Assembly: GCA_963844195.1 (NCBI GenBank)
Contig: CAWJNC010000004.1
Location: 1,289,589 to 1,353,588 of the forward strand
DNA: 64,000 nt
Direction of reading: 5' to 3'
Source of the DNA: an uncultured Pseudomonadota bacterium
GTDB lineage: Bacteria; Pseudomonadota; Gammaproteobacteria; Burkholderiales; Burkholderiaceae_E
Shown: positions 26,673 through 36,765 of the stretch, in pieces
Position numbering within the stretch: position 1 is the stretch's first letter
Layout: every line of letters starts with the position of its first letter
Notes under the pieces: generated by a model
The model's input: only the letters and a program-made list of their open reading frames with translations
What the model was told of the DNA's origin: nothing
Databases searched by the model: none
Translations under genes and position numbers: made by a program

Positions 26673-27518
26673 ATGGCGCAGCATCGCGTATGCATCAGTT
26701 TCGACTTCGATGCGATCTCAGGCTTCATCTCCCGAGGTCTGACATCGCCGACGCCGATTTCACGAGGTGAGTTCGGTCCGGTCGCTGTGCCGCGCATCCT
26801 TGCGATGCTGCGAAAGTACGAGGTACCCAGCACCTGGTTCATCCCCGGCCATACGCTGCAAACATATCCGGGCGAGTGCAGGCAGGTGTTCGATGCGGGG
26901 CATGAGATCGGCCATCACGGCTGGACTCACATGCCGCCCAATGACATGTCGCGGGAGGAGGAGGAAGAGGGGATCCTCCGCGGCAACGAGCAGATCCGCA
27001 AGCTGACCGGCCGCAATGCACGGGGCTACCGGTCGCCGTCCTGGGACCTCAGTCCCCATTCGGTGGAACTCATGCTGAAGCATGGGTTCCGGTATGAAAG
27101 CAGCATGATGGGCAACGACTACCTGCCCTATCGTGTGCGCCAGGGCGATGTCATCGAACTGCAGAAACCGGCAAAGTACGGCGCCATGACACCGCTCATT
27201 GAAATGCCGGTCAGCTGGACGCTGGACGACTACCCGCACTTCGAGTTCCTCCGGACCAAGACCTACGTCCTGCCGGGTTTGATGAACGCCAACAGCGTGC
27301 TGGACAACTGGGTGAATGACTTTGTCTACATGCAGCAGTATGTCGACTGGGGCATCCTGACCTATACGTTCCATCCCTTCGTGATCGGGCGGGGGCACCG
27401 CATGCTGGTGCTGGAAAAGCTGCTCAAGGTGCTCAGCGACGGCGGCGTGCAGTTCTGCACCATGGAGGACGCCGCCGACGCTTACGACGTCCGGTTCCCC
27501 TTTCCCGCCAAGGCCTGA
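26673..27518 (+). CDS. polysaccharide deacetylase (NodB-homology; PuuE/allantoinase-like) family protein
   Basis: Track ORF 26658..27518 starts at a TTG inside the repeat. ATG 26673 gives MAQHRVCISFDFDAISGF...VPSTWFIPGHTLQTYP...GHEIGHHGWTH...GYRSPSWDLS. These are the NodB motifs (DxD-like FDFD, HxxxH-like HHGWTH, RxPxW). The gene is intact. Confidence 0.8.
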   Translation: MAQHRVCISFDFDAISGFISRGLTSPTPISRGEFGPVAVPRILAMLRKYEVPSTWFIPGHTLQTYPGECRQVFDAGHEIGHHGWTHMPPNDMSREEEEEGILRGNEQIRKLTGRNARGYRSPSWDLSPHSVELMLKHGFRYESSMMGNDYLPYRVRQGDVIELQKPAKYGAMTPLIEMPVSWTLDDYPHFEFLRTKTYVLPGLMNANSVLDNWVNDFVYMQQYVDWGILTYTFHPFVIGRGHRMLVLEKLLKVLSDGGVQFCTMEDAADAYDVRFPFPAKA

Positions 27519-27520
27519 TA

Positions 27521-28313
27521 ATGGATACATTTACCAGCAGAGACGGCCTGAAGCTGGCCTATCAGGTCGACGACTTCACCGACCCCTGGCGAAAGCCGGA
27601 CACGCTGCTGCTGTTGCACGCGGCCATGGGCGACGCGCAGCGCTGGTTCAGTGGGTGCCGCGGCTCGCGCGCCGCTACCGGGTCGTGCGCCTGGACCTGC
27701 GGGGCCACGGGAAGTCGGAGATGCCCGCGCCCGAGAGCCGACTTTTCGCTGGCGCAGCTCGTCGGTGACGCGGTCGAGCTCCTGGACCTGGTCGGTGCCG
27801 AGCAGCGCGCACATCGTGGGCAACTCCGCCGGTGGCTACGTCTCCCAGCAACTCGCGATCCACCATCCGGAGCGCGTCAGAACGCTCGCGCTCTTCGGCT
27901 CGACGCCCGGCCTCAAGCACAGCCATGCGCCGACCTGGATCCCGAGGATCGGCAAGTGGGACTGAAGCGGTTCCTTGCCGACACCATCGACGAGCGCTTC
28001 GATCAGAAGGCGGATCCCGAACTGGTGAATGGTTCATCGAGCAGGCCGGGTCCAACGATCCTGCCTTTATCGCGCGCTTCGTACTCCACATGTGCACGCA
28101 TGACTTCATGGAGGAACTGACAGCCATCAAGGCGCCGACGCTGATCGTTGCCGCCGGCAGGGAGCAGATCGGCCATGCCAGCGCCTACGAGGAGATGCGC
28201 GGGCGAATCGCGGGAGCCGAACTGCGCTTCTCGACACGGCCGGCCACAACATCTGCGATGGCTATGCCAGCCAGTGCGTCGACCTTCTCGATTTCCTGCA
28301 GAGGCGCGGCTGA
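27521..28313 (+). pseudogene. alpha/beta-fold hydrolase gene with at least 6 frameshifts
   Basis: The stitched reading is as follows.
- MDTFTSRDGLKLAYQVDDFTDPWRKPDTLLLLHAAMGDAQRWF
- | WVPRLARRYRVVRLDLRGHGKSEMPAPE
- | DFSLAQLVGDAVELLDLVGAEQ
- | AHIVGNSAGGYVSQQLAIHHPERVRTLALFGSTPG...IPRIGK
- | GLKRFLADTIDERFDQKADPELV
- | WFIEQAGSNDPAFIARFVLHMCTHDFMEELTAIKAPTLIVAAGREQ...AELRF
- | DTAGHNICDGYASQCVDLLDFLQRRG stop 28311-13
The nucleophile elbow is GNSAG. Frame changes are near 27650, 27738, 27808, 27958, 28028 and 28230. Confidence 0.8.
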
Positions 28314-28335
28314 GTTCGCCGGATCGGGCACGACG

Positions 28336-29808
28336 ATGCGGGTCGTGATCGCGCAGATGAAGCACGAGACGAACACGTTCTCGCCGGTCGGGACGCCGAT
28401 CGATCGCTTCTCGAGGGGCGCCGGCATGCCGCGGGAAGGGGTTGATGCCGTCGCTGCGGCCCGGTCAACGGGGTCCGCACTGGGAGCGTTCATCTCGGTC
28501 GCGGAGCAGGCCGGGCTTGACTATGCACTGCCGATTGCCGCCTCCGCGTGGCCCAGCGGACCGGCGGAGGATGAAGTCTTCGAGTTCATTGCGGCGCGGT
28601 ATCCTGAGCGAATCCGGCGGGGCGCGATGCCGTGTTGCTGGATCTGCATGGGGCGATGGTCACGCAATCGCTGGACGATGCGGAAGGAGAACTTCTACGC
28701 CGCATCCGTGCCATCGCGCCGCGGGTTCCCATCGGAGTGGCGCTCGACATGCATTGCAATCTTTCGCCCGCGATGGCGGGGTTGGCTACCGTCATGGCCG
28801 GCTACCAGACTTATCCTCACGTTGACATCTACGAGACCGGCGTCCGCGCCGCGCGCCCGATCATCGCCATGCTGAAGGGGTCGTTGGCGCCGACGATGCA
28901 CATCGGCTACAAGCCGATGCTCCCCCACGTCATGCGGCAGTCGTCATTGGACTCGCCCAACCGGGAGATCCAGGCCCGGGCGCGCGAGATGGAGCAGGAA
29001 GGCGCTCTGTCCGCCAGCCTCTTCGTCGGCTTTCCCCATGCGGACGTGCCGTTTGCGGGCGAGTGGCCGTCGTCACCGACAACGGCCTTGAGCTCGCTGC
29101 TCGATGGTGCGACGAACTGCTGGAGATGGCGTGGGAGAGCCGCGCCCAGTGGGTCTACGAGCCCGAGCCACTGGAGCTGTCCATCGCGAGGGCGGCAGCG
29201 ATCCGCACGGCCGACGGGCCGGTGGTCCTGCTGGACCATTACGACAACTGCTCGTCGGGCGGAACAATGGACACCATGGCGGTGCTGGGCGCGATCCTGG
29301 ACGCAGGACTTCGGGACGTCGGCTGCCTTCGCGATCTACGATCCCGGCGCAGTGGCGGCGATGGCATCGCGGCCGGCGTCGGCGCCGAGGTCACCCTGGC
29401 GCTCGGCGGCAAGCTCCCGATGCCGGCCTTGATCTCGTCGGACAGCCGCGGGTTGTTACCGGAAGGGTGAAGAGGATCTCGACGGGACGTACCGCAACGG
29501 GGTCCGATGGGCCGCGGAGAATTGGTGGATATGGGTAGATCCGCCGTCCTCGACACCGGGGCCGGCCAAATCGTCGTCGTTTCCAAGCAGGTCGAACCGA
29601 ACGACCTTGCCTGTTTTCAAGCCGTCGGCATCGACCCGCGCAAAAGCGATACGTGATGCTCAAGAGCCGGGTGCACTGGCGCGCCGGCCTGGGTTCCCTG
29701 GCCGACGCAGTCGTTGAATGTGCCGGCGACGGAGTCTGCACGTCCGATTACAGTCAACTGCATTTCAAGCGGCTGGGGCGCAAGGTCTATCCGCTGCAGG
29801 CCGATTAG
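28336..29808 (+). pseudogene. M81-family (MlrC/microcystinase-C-like) metallopeptidase gene with at least 7 frameshifts
   Basis: The stitched reading is as follows.
- MRVVIAQMKHETNTFSPVGTPIDRF...
- | DAVLLDLHGAMVTQSLDDAEGELLRRIR...GYQTYPHVDIYETG...GFPHADVPFAG
- | AVVTDNGLELAARW...PVVLLDHYDNCSSGGTMDT...GLRDV
- | AAFAIYDPGAVAAM
- | IAAGVGAEVTLALGGK...
- | VTGRVKRIS..
- | GPMGRGELVDMGRSAVLDTGAGQIVVVSKQVEPNDLACFQAVGIDPRKS
- | YVMLKSRVHWRAGLGSLADAVVECAGDGVCTSDYSQLHFKRLGRKVYPLQAD stop 29806-08
The N-terminal KHETNTF and LHGAM blocks are MlrC-family hallmarks. Confidence 0.75.
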
Positions 29809-29840
29809 CCGTCCCGGGAATTACAGCAGAAGGTTCTTCG

Positions 29841-30830
29841 ATGAGTCCAACGCGAGTCGGAATAATAAAACGTTCGATTTGTACTCTGCTGGTGGCGCCG
29901 CTCCTTGCCCTGTGCGCGATTTCGTCGGCGCGGCGCAGGGCTTTCCAAATCGGCCCATCAAGATCGTTATTCCCTATGGTCCGGGCGGCGGCACGGACAA
30001 CCTGGTGCGCCTGCTTGCACCCGCGCTGACCCAGAGCCTAGGGCAAACTATCGTGATCGAAAACCGGCCCGGGGCTGCCACCGTCATGGGGCCAACGACT
30101 TGGTCGCCAAGGCGGAACCCGATGGGTACACGTTGCTCGCGACCGACTCCGCCTTCGTGATCAATCCCAGCCTTTTCAAGGATAAGCTGCCGTTCGACAC
30201 GTTGAATGATTTCACCGGCGTCACGATGATGGCGACTGCACCGGTCCTGCTGGTGACGCACCCGTCGGTACCGGCGAAAAACCTGGCCGAGTTGCTCGCT
30301 GCGGCCAAGGCAAAGCCCGGTTCGCTGAACTAACGCCTCCGGCGAATGGCACCTCCACGCATCTCGCAGCGGAGCTGATGAAGCTGGCCGCAGGTGTGGA
30401 CATCATTCATATACCGTCAAAGGAACCGCGCCGGCCATGAACGATCTACTGGGCGGCCAGGTCAACATGCAGTTCGCCGGTATCAGTTCTGCCAAGCAGC
30501 ATGTCGAAGCGGCAGACTGCGCGCCATGGCGCTCGCCGGTGAGCGGCGCCGGCCGCTATGCCGGACGTCCCGACCTTTGACGAGCTGGGCCTGAAGGGCG
30601 TCGACGCGGACAACGACTGGGGCATGTACGCGCCGCCGGCACCCTGCGAGGTGGTGAAGATCTCAACGAGCACTTCGTCAAGGCGATCCGCGTGGCCGGA
30701 ACTCGGAAGCGAAGTACCGACCTTGGGACTACCTGCCCCTGGCGAACACAGCCGCTGAGCATACGTCCAGATGAGAAGAGATGGTCGCGCAATGGATCAA
30801 CGTTGTCACCCGCGCCAAGGTGCAGTTGGG
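29841..30830 (+). pseudogene. Bug/TctC-family substrate-binding protein gene with at least 4 frameshifts
   Basis: The stitched reading is as follows.
- MSPTRVGIIKRSICTLLVAPLLALCAISSA
- | QGFPNRPIKIVIPYGPGGGTDNLVRLLAPALTQSLGQTIVIENRPGAATVMG
- | ANDLVAKAEPDGYTLLATDSAFVINPSLFKDKLPFDTLNDFTGV...AKAKPGSLN stop
- | further fragments (MNDLLGGQVNMQFAGISS, MPDVPTFDELGLKGVDADNDWGMYAPP) in other frames
The 3-prime end is approximate. Confidence 0.7.
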
Positions 30831-30890
30831 CTTACCATCCGAACGGCATCGAGAGCGGCCAACCGCTTGTATCGCGCAGGTTCGCCAAGT

Positions 30891-31974
30891 ATGAGAGCAC
30901 GTGAGCTCGGTGTCTGCCCGGAGTATTTGTACCGGTTCAACGCCATACCGACAGCTCCGGCGGTGCTGGTGGGGCATGTCACTTCGATGAAGGTGCAGCA
31001 TCCGTACCGGATGTCCTGCTCGTCACGCGCATAGGGGAAATGCCTATCGGGAGCGAGTGCCGGCCGCGATACATGTTGGCAACGGCTTCGGCAAGCTGGT
31101 GGGAGTGACGCAGGTGGGCGAACTGGGGGAGCTGGAAACGCCCATTTTGCTGACCAACACGCTGAGCACCTGGAGGGCCGCAGACGCCATGGTTCAGTGG
31201 TTGCTCGAGAAAGATGGCATGGAGTCGGTAAAGTCACTCAATCCGGTTGTCGGTGAAACCAATGACGGGGTACTGAATGACATTCGAGCAAGGGCCCTCA
31301 CGCCAGAATCTGTTTGGCAGGCGCTGGAGATAGCCGCATCAGGCCCCGTTGCCGAGGGCAGCGTTGGCGCCGGCACGGGATGCATGGCTTTTGGATGGAA
31401 AGGCGGAATCGGCACCGCATCACGGGTACTGCCGAGGCGGTTCGGCGGCTATACCCTTGGGGTTCTTCTACAGGCCAATTTCGGCGGGATCCTTCAAGTG
31501 CTGGGAGCACCGGTAGGAATGAAATTGGGCCGCCACTCTTTCCATGAATCTGAGGCTGGCAGGGGAGGGGACGGTTCGGTGATGGTGCTCTTGGCGACCG
31601 ACGCACCCTTGTCCGATCGCAATCTCAAGCGCCTGGCTGCTCGGGGCATGCTAGGCATCGCCCGAACCGGATCGATTGCAGCCAATGGATCCGGGGACTA
31701 TATCATCGCGTTCTCCACGGCACCGGATGCCCGGCGAAAGTGGAACGCGCCTCGTCTCGTTACCAAGGAGCTTGCAAGCACCGAGATGTCTCCCCTCTTC
31801 CAGGCCGTCGTTGAAGCAACCGAGGAGGCCGTCTACAACGCATTGTTCCAAGCTACGACATTGGCAGGCAACGGCAACATCGGTGAGGCAATTCCCATAG
31901 ACCAGGTCCGGGAGGCGCTGGCCGCTTCGATAGTCCCTTCACCATGGCGCCATCGTGAGCCGCCTGAACATTGA
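30891..31974 (+). pseudogene. DmpA/P1 (S58) family aminopeptidase gene, 5-prime part frameshifted at least twice
   Basis: Track ORF 31057..31974 holds the intact-looking body (VPAAIHVGNGFGKLVGVTQVGELGELETPILLTNT...GAGTGCMAFGWKGGIGTAS...VLLATDAPL). The N-terminus MRARELGV...NAIPTAPAVLVGHVT (30891-) is in another frame. SIRTG....HRGNAYRERVPAAIHV follows an in-frame TGA at 30988-90. Confidence 0.65.
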
Positions 31975-32005
31975 AGCTGGTACGACTCCAACGAAGGAGA
32001 TTTGC

Positions 32006-33010
32006 ATGAGACGGTCTGTACCCTTGTCGCGTGTGCGACTTCATTTCCTTGGACTCTTGACGTTCACTGCCGTGCTCGGTGCCTCGACCGCCTTGCCCGT
32101 GGCGGCTCAAGGCGCTTACCCCGATCACCCGGTCAGGTTCGTTGTTCCCTACCCGCCGGGTGGAATCACCGACATCCTGGCCCGTACCATCGCCAAGCAG
32201 ATAACCGCGGAATGGGGGCAGCAAATGTTCGTCGATAATCGCGCGGGCGCCAGTGGCAACATCGGCGCTGCTTTTGTCGCGAAGGCACCGCCGGATGGCT
32301 ACACGATCCTGTTTGGAAATGCCAGTACGCATGGCATCAATCCAAGCTTATTCAGGAACCTTCCGTTCGATCCAGTCAAGGATTTCGAACCGGTGACCAT
32401 GGTAGCCAGCGTCTCCAACGTACTCCTTGTCGCCCCTGAGTTTCCTGCGAAGACGCTAGCGGAACTTATCGCGCTGGCGAAGGCCAAGCCTGGCGAACTC
32501 ACCTTTGCCTCGAACAGTACCGGCAGCAGCAATCATCTGACGGGGAGTTGCTGAAAACGACAGCCGGCATCGACATGATTCATGTGCCGTACAAGAGTTC
32601 CACGGGTGCTGTTATCGACCTTATCGGCGGAAGGATTTCGCTGATGTTCGACAATATGATTACCGCGATGCCATACCTCAGGGACGGCCGGTTGAGAGCC
32701 CTCGCTGTGACAAGCCCGGAGCGCCTACCGTTGCTTCCCGACGTACCAACGATGGTGGAAGCCGGTCTTGCGGGCTTCACGGTATCGCCTTGGTGGGGGT
32801 CTTCGCGCCGGCGGGCACCCCTAAGGAGATCGTCGAAAAGCTTAACAGAGACGTCGTTGCCGTACTGAACACCAAGGAAGTTCGCGATCATCTCACGGCG
32901 CAGTCCACCGACGTGGTAGGCAACACCCCGGAGGAGTTCGCTGCTCACGTTCGAGGGCGAGACCGAGCGTTGGCAAGGTCGCCAATGCCTCCGGCGCAAA
33001 GGCAGACTAG
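32006..33010 (+). pseudogene. Bug/TctC-family substrate-binding protein gene with at least 4 frameshifts
   Basis: AAGGAGA precedes ATG 32006. The stitched reading is as follows.
- MRRSVPLSRVRLHFLGLLTFTAVLGASTALPVAAQGAYPDHPVRFVVPYPPGGITDILART...NSTGSSNHLTG
- | LLKTTAGIDMIHVPYKSSTGAVIDLIGGRISLMFDNM...LAGFTVS
- | GVFAPAGTPKEIVEKLNRDVVAVLNTKEVRDHL...EEFAAHVR
- | ETERW
- | GKVANASGAKAD stop 33008-10. Confidence 0.75.
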
Positions 33011-33015
33011 CGCAC

Positions 33016-33806
33016 ATGGATCTCGAGATAAAGAGCAAGACGGTCTTGATCACCGGCGGGAGTGCCGGGATCGGGTTGGCCACGGCGCATGTGCCGCTGG
33101 CGAAGGGTAAAGGTAGCACTTTCAGCCCGTGATCCGAAGCGCCTTGCATTTGCCGCAGCCGAGGTACCGCGCGGCATGGAACGGAGGTGGAGGAATTCGG
33201 GCCGATATGTCCTCATTGGCAGGGGTCGAAGCAACAATCGATAAAGCGCTGGCAAAGCTGGGGCGGGTCGACGTCCTGGTGAACAACGCTGGCTCGATCC
33301 GGGCGGGAGCCTTCCTCGAGATCCCTGACGCCCAGTGGACCGAGGACTGGAATCTGAAAGTCTTGGGCTACGTTCGTGCTGCCCGATTGATCTTTCCGCT
33401 CATGCAAGAGCAGGGTGGCGGGCACATCATCAACGTGATCGGATCGGCCGCCCGTCAAGCCAACCAGAACTACTTGGTGGGTGGAGCAGCCAACGCGGCG
33501 TTGGTCCACTTCACCAAGGGACTCTGAGACCTGGGCGCGCAACATGGGGTTTTCGTCAAAGCGGTGTCGCCGGGTGCCGTGCAGACTGAGCGGTGGGAAA
33601 ACAGGATGAAGCTCGAGGCATCAGCCGAGGGGCGGACCTACGAGGAGGTTCGGGCTGAGCGGATCGCCTCCTACCCACTTGGGCGAATTGTTCGGCCAGA
33701 AGAGGTCGCGGACCTTATTTGCTTTCTGATCTCCCCTCGCTCAGACATGCTCATCGGGGCGACCGTCAATATCGACAGGGGATGGAGCCGCGGCGTCTAT
33801 CCCTAA
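33016..33806 (+). pseudogene. SDR-family oxidoreductase gene with frameshifts and an in-frame TGA
   Basis: The stitched reading is as follows.
- MDLEIKSKTVLITGGSAGIGLATAHV (33016-)
- | VALSARDPKRLAFAAAEV
- | ...MSSLAGVEATIDKALAKLGRVDVLVNNAGS...GGAANAALVHFTKGL TGA(33525-27) DLGAQHGVFVKAVSPGAVQTERW...GATVNIDRGWSRGVYP stop 33804-06
The two long track ORFs (33129.., 33564..) are in the same frame, separated only by that stop. Confidence 0.75.
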
Positions 33807-33962
33807 TGTCGACTCATCGGCGCGTTCCCAGCCACTTCCCGCCGACTCATCGACTGAAACGTGAGTCCACATCTACCGACGGTACCGAATGCTTCGAACT
33901 GCTGCCTCGGTCCGAGTGTTGGATCAGTTCCGGGGCCTGTTAAACGCGCCAGTACGCCGACT

Positions 33963-34091
33963 TCAACGCATGGCAGACCAAGCGGTATTAGCGGGTTGTC
34001 CGGCAGCGCCCGCGGGCGTTGACAATGCAGCCGCCAAGGCCAAATAGCCCGCCGACACTCGCGGCAGCAACGCTGCGATCGCACCAAACAT
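33963..34091 (-). CDS. possible 42-codon ORF with a strong Shine-Dalgarno sequence (or the N-terminal stump of a deleted gene)
   Basis: It is below the track's 60-aa cutoff. GGAGGAG lies 3 nt upstream of ATG 34091. The translation is MFGAIAALLPRVSAGYLALAAALSTPAGAAGQPANTAWSAMR stop 33965-63. The N-terminus is hydrophobic and signal-like. No homology was recognised. Confidence 0.25.
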   Translation of the reverse strand: MFGAIAALLPRVSAGYLALAAALSTPAGAAGQPANTAWSAMR

Positions 34092-34239
34092 AGGCTCCTC
34101 CACTTATGTCGAGCAATTTATAGGCGCGGATGCTCTCAATGGTGGACGCTGACGGCGCGCTTCGGCGTCGCTGGCTAGATAGTGTTGCGAACGTCTTCAG
34201 CCACGCAGCCATTGAATCGATCAATGCATCTTATCTTCT

Positions 34240-34802
34240 TATCTCAATACCCGGGGCGTCAACGACATCCTCATCGCTGTCATCGATGACCTCAAGGGCA
34301 TGGGCGAGGCTCTTGGTACGGTGTATCCGGCCACGACGCTGCAGACCTGCATCGTGCACCTGATCCGCAACTCTCTGGACTATGCCAGTTGGAAGGACCG
34401 CCGGTCGCTGGCTGCAGCACTCACCCATCTATACGGCACCGAGCGCCGAGGCAAATGAAGCTGAGCTAAATGCCCTCGAGCGCGGCCCTTGAGACCACAC
34501 GTTCCCACGGTGGTCGCCTCCCGCCGCCGCGCCTGGGAGAAGGTGGCTCCCCTCTCTGCCTTTCCGCCGGCGGCGCGTAAGGTGATCTACACCACCAATG
34601 CTATCGAGAGCATCAATCGACCAGGCTGCGCAAGATCATCAGGACCCGGGGCCACTTCCCAGCGATGAGGCCGCTTCGAAGCTAATCTGGCTGGTGCTGC
34701 GAAACATCACCGCCGCCTGGGGCACGGAGCTCGCGACTGGAAAATCACGATGAACCAGTTCGCGCCTTCTACGCCAACCGATTCACCACGCCGGCCACGT
34801 AA
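34240..34802 (+). mobile_element. IS256-family (Mutator-type) transposase gene, C-terminal half only, with stops and frameshifts
   Basis: Frames give NTRGVNDILIAVIDDLKGMGEALGTVYPATTLQTCIVHLIRNSLDYASWKDRRSLAAALTHLY, containing the signature C(I/V)VH..RNSL.Y.S.KD. They then give ...[20 protein letters not shown]... and [25 protein letters not shown]...NQFA... in shifted frames. The N-terminal half and the inverted repeats are absent. Confidence 0.75.
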
Positions 34803-35037
34803 ACTATGAACCGACTTGCCCGCCGCGTCGCTCGATCGTCGAAAGGCGACGATCGACGCCGTGACCAAGTTTCCCAGCCCGCCTCAAATCAAATAATTTT
34901 GACGCTATCTCCGCAAGTTGAGAAAGATCGGCCCGGACCCGTACCCTCCTCCCCACTCGTTCCTGCACTGTTACTTTGGCCTCGATGCGGCGGCTGCCTG
35001 GGACCCGCTGAGTCGAAATTCGTCGCCGTTAGATGCC

Positions 35038-35860
35038 TCAAGATGTGTGGCCATCGGACCCGCTGTTCTCGGCATCGCGTCTCGCTTCCAGCGCAGCGGC
35101 AATCCTTGGAAGCGCGTCGGCAGCTTTGGCTCGATTGAAGATATCAGCGACCGGTGTGATCGCGCTCGCCTCCGGGTTGACCTCGACCACGGGTACGCCC
35201 CTCTGCTTGGCGGACCGAGGCAAACTGGCCGCCGGCTGAACAACGCCGGAAGTTCCGATGACAAGTAGGACATCGCAGTCCTCCATCAGCCGCTCGGCCC
35301 GGCCCCACGCCTTCTCTGGAAGCTGCTCGCCGAACCACACCACGCCTGGGCGGACAGGGCCGCCGCAGCGCAGGCACTTCGGAGGTTCTACACGAAGCGC
35401 CGGTTGCGGAGTGTCAGCCGCGGAGGAGGGCGCGCCCGTAAAAGCACGCTCGCAGGCGAAGCATCGCAGTGAGAACAGACTGCCGTGTAGATGAACCACG
35501 TCGCGACTTCCCGCCCGCTCGTGAAGATCGTCGACGTTCTGAGTCACGACAACCAGGCCCGGCTTCAATGTCTTCCAGCACAGCGATGGCTCGATGTCCC
35601 GCATTCGGCTCAGCCCGTTCGACCAAGGCGGTACGCCAGCGATACCAGCCCCATACGAGCGCCTTGTCAGAGCGGTAGGCGGCCGGTGTGGCAAGCTGTT
35701 GCGGATCGAACTGTGCCCACAGCCCGCCCTGCTGGCCGCGGAAGGTGGGGATTCCGCTTTCTGCCGACATGCCTGCGCCGGTAAACACTGCGACCTTCCT
35801 AGCCGTCGACAGCAGTTCAACGACATCCTTGAGGGAGCCAGATTCTGGTGAAGCGGTCAT
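35038..35860 (-). pseudogene. Sir2-family NAD-dependent deacylase (CobB-type) gene with one frameshift
   Basis: The N-terminal frame (track 35414..35860) reads [76 protein letters not shown]...NAGHRAIAVLE. The C-terminal frame (track 35038..35826) reads KPGLVVVTQNVDDLHERAGSRDVVHLHGSLFSLRCFACERAF...CLRCGGPVRPGVVWFGEQLP...VLLVIGTSGVV. The junction is near 35580. It is a paralogue (not a recent duplicate) of the partial gene at 1..183. Confidence 0.8.
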
Positions 35861-35959
35861 ATTTTCTGATCGGTGGCTTGGCGGTTAGCCATAGTTCCGG
35901 CCGCAGTCGAAGTTCACCTAGTTTGCTCGCGGCGAAGGGTCCCGACCATCCATCCTGAG

Positions 35960-36143
35960 AGGGCATGGCAAGCGCTGCCCAGAGAGTTTCGTATGGCGAC
36001 CGTGATCGACGTCTTCACGCGCGAAGCCATGGCCATCGAGGTCGGTCAGCAGGCTCACCGCTGCGTCGGTCGAAGTGACAGCCCTTCCGACGCAAGAAGA
36101 GGCCTTCCTGCTGTTCCGTCTGAGAGACCTATTCACACTACCC
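35960..36143 (+). mobile_element. IS3-superfamily DDE integrase-core fragment
   Basis: Track ORF 35873..36250 contains ...RMATVIDVFTREAMAIEVGQQ..., matching the (V/I)(I/M)D.FTRE.LAI.V block of IS3/IS407-type OrfB. An ARRGLP...SERP-like continuation decays in shifted frames. Confidence 0.4.
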
Positions 36144-36246
36144 GGTTATGGTATGAGCCGCTATTTCTCCGGACCTTCAACGTCTCGGGAGTGCTGCTAT
36201 TCTTGAACAGATTCGCATACAGAACGACGGTCCGTAGGGGGCAAAT

Positions 36247-36375
36247 ATGAGGTTACTTTATTCGCTGCTCGCTGGTTTGATTTTGAGCGGATGCGGGGCT
36301 GGTGACGTTGTCACTGCCGTAGTGGTCGAGGAGGTCGTAGAGGAAGTAGTAGACATCGTACAGGACGAGACATAG
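36247..36375 (+). CDS. possible 42-aa acidic lipoprotein
   Basis: It is below the track cutoff. AGGGGG lies 6 nt upstream of ATG 36247. The translation is MRLLYSLLAGLILSGCGAGDVVTAVVVEEVVEEVVDIVQDET stop 36373-75, with lipobox LILSGC. The codons are AT-rich (tta, ctt, tat, ttg, att, gta), atypical for the window. A GAGACA-tag-TGTCTC hairpin overlaps the stop. Confidence 0.4.
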   Translation: MRLLYSLLAGLILSGCGAGDVVTAVVVEEVVEEVVDIVQDET

Positions 36376-36462
36376 TGTCTCTGGTGTCTGGTGCAACGGC
36401 TGAAGCGCGTCATCCCATGAGATGAGGCAGGTGAGCGTTGATCCGGTCAAAGATCGTGCGGG

Positions 36463-36762
36463 TCAGTTCAGCAGTCGCGGGAACTTCAACAGCGGCGTCG
36501 CATCTGGTGCGGTTTCACGGCTCAGATCGCTACCCACGAACCGGCGAATGGACTGGCTGTCGTAGATCGCATCCTCGATCCCCTCGTCCGACAGGCCGAA
36601 GCACTGCTGAGCCACATACATCCGCAGCATTCTCGGCAAGCCGATCCGTGGCCGACCCGGGCCCTTGCCCTTCGGGTAGTACGTCTCAATGGCAGCCTCA
36701 AGCTCCGCCCAGGGCGTGACTGCATCGATCTCGGCAAGGAAGCGATCCCGTCGCGTACGCAT
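36463..36762 (-). mobile_element. IS5-family transposase gene, N-terminal ~99 codons only
   Basis: The C-terminal part of track ORF 36463..37011 reads MRTRRDRFLAEIDAVTPWAELEAAIETYYPKGKGPGRPRIGLPRMLRMYVAQQCFGLSDEGIEDAIYDSQSIRRFVGSDLSRETAPDATPLLKFPRLLN. This is the DUF772/IS5 N-terminal domain. The DDE domain is missing. The fragment abuts and truncates the LysR gene. Confidence 0.8.
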
Positions 36763-36765
36763 AGA

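Noticed and set aside
27521-33010. Frame changes considered as programmed ribosomal frameshifting or transcriptional slippage.
   Set aside because: There are up to 6-7 changes per gene in both directions. They are not located at X_XXY_YYZ slippery heptamers or long A/T runs, and they occur in many unrelated genes. This is incompatible with programmed recoding.
33525-33527. The in-frame TGA in the SDR gene considered as a selenocysteine codon.
   Set aside because: It sits in a loop position of a family that does not use Sec. I see no SECIS-like hairpin immediately downstream and no sel genes. The same gene also has frameshifts. It is a plain nonsense mutation.
35038-35860. Sir2-domain gene next to IS debris considered as an anti-phage defence module (Thoeris, DSR or SIR2-HerA type). 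A second Sir2 gene lies at 1-183.
   Set aside because: Both are short CobB-type sirtuins. They have the canonical GAGxSxxSGIPxFR motif and a CxxC...CxxC zinc ribbon. They have no fused or adjacent effector or sensor (no TIR, HerA, SLOG, pAgo or large N-terminal domain). One of them is frameshifted. They are housekeeping-type deacylase paralogues.
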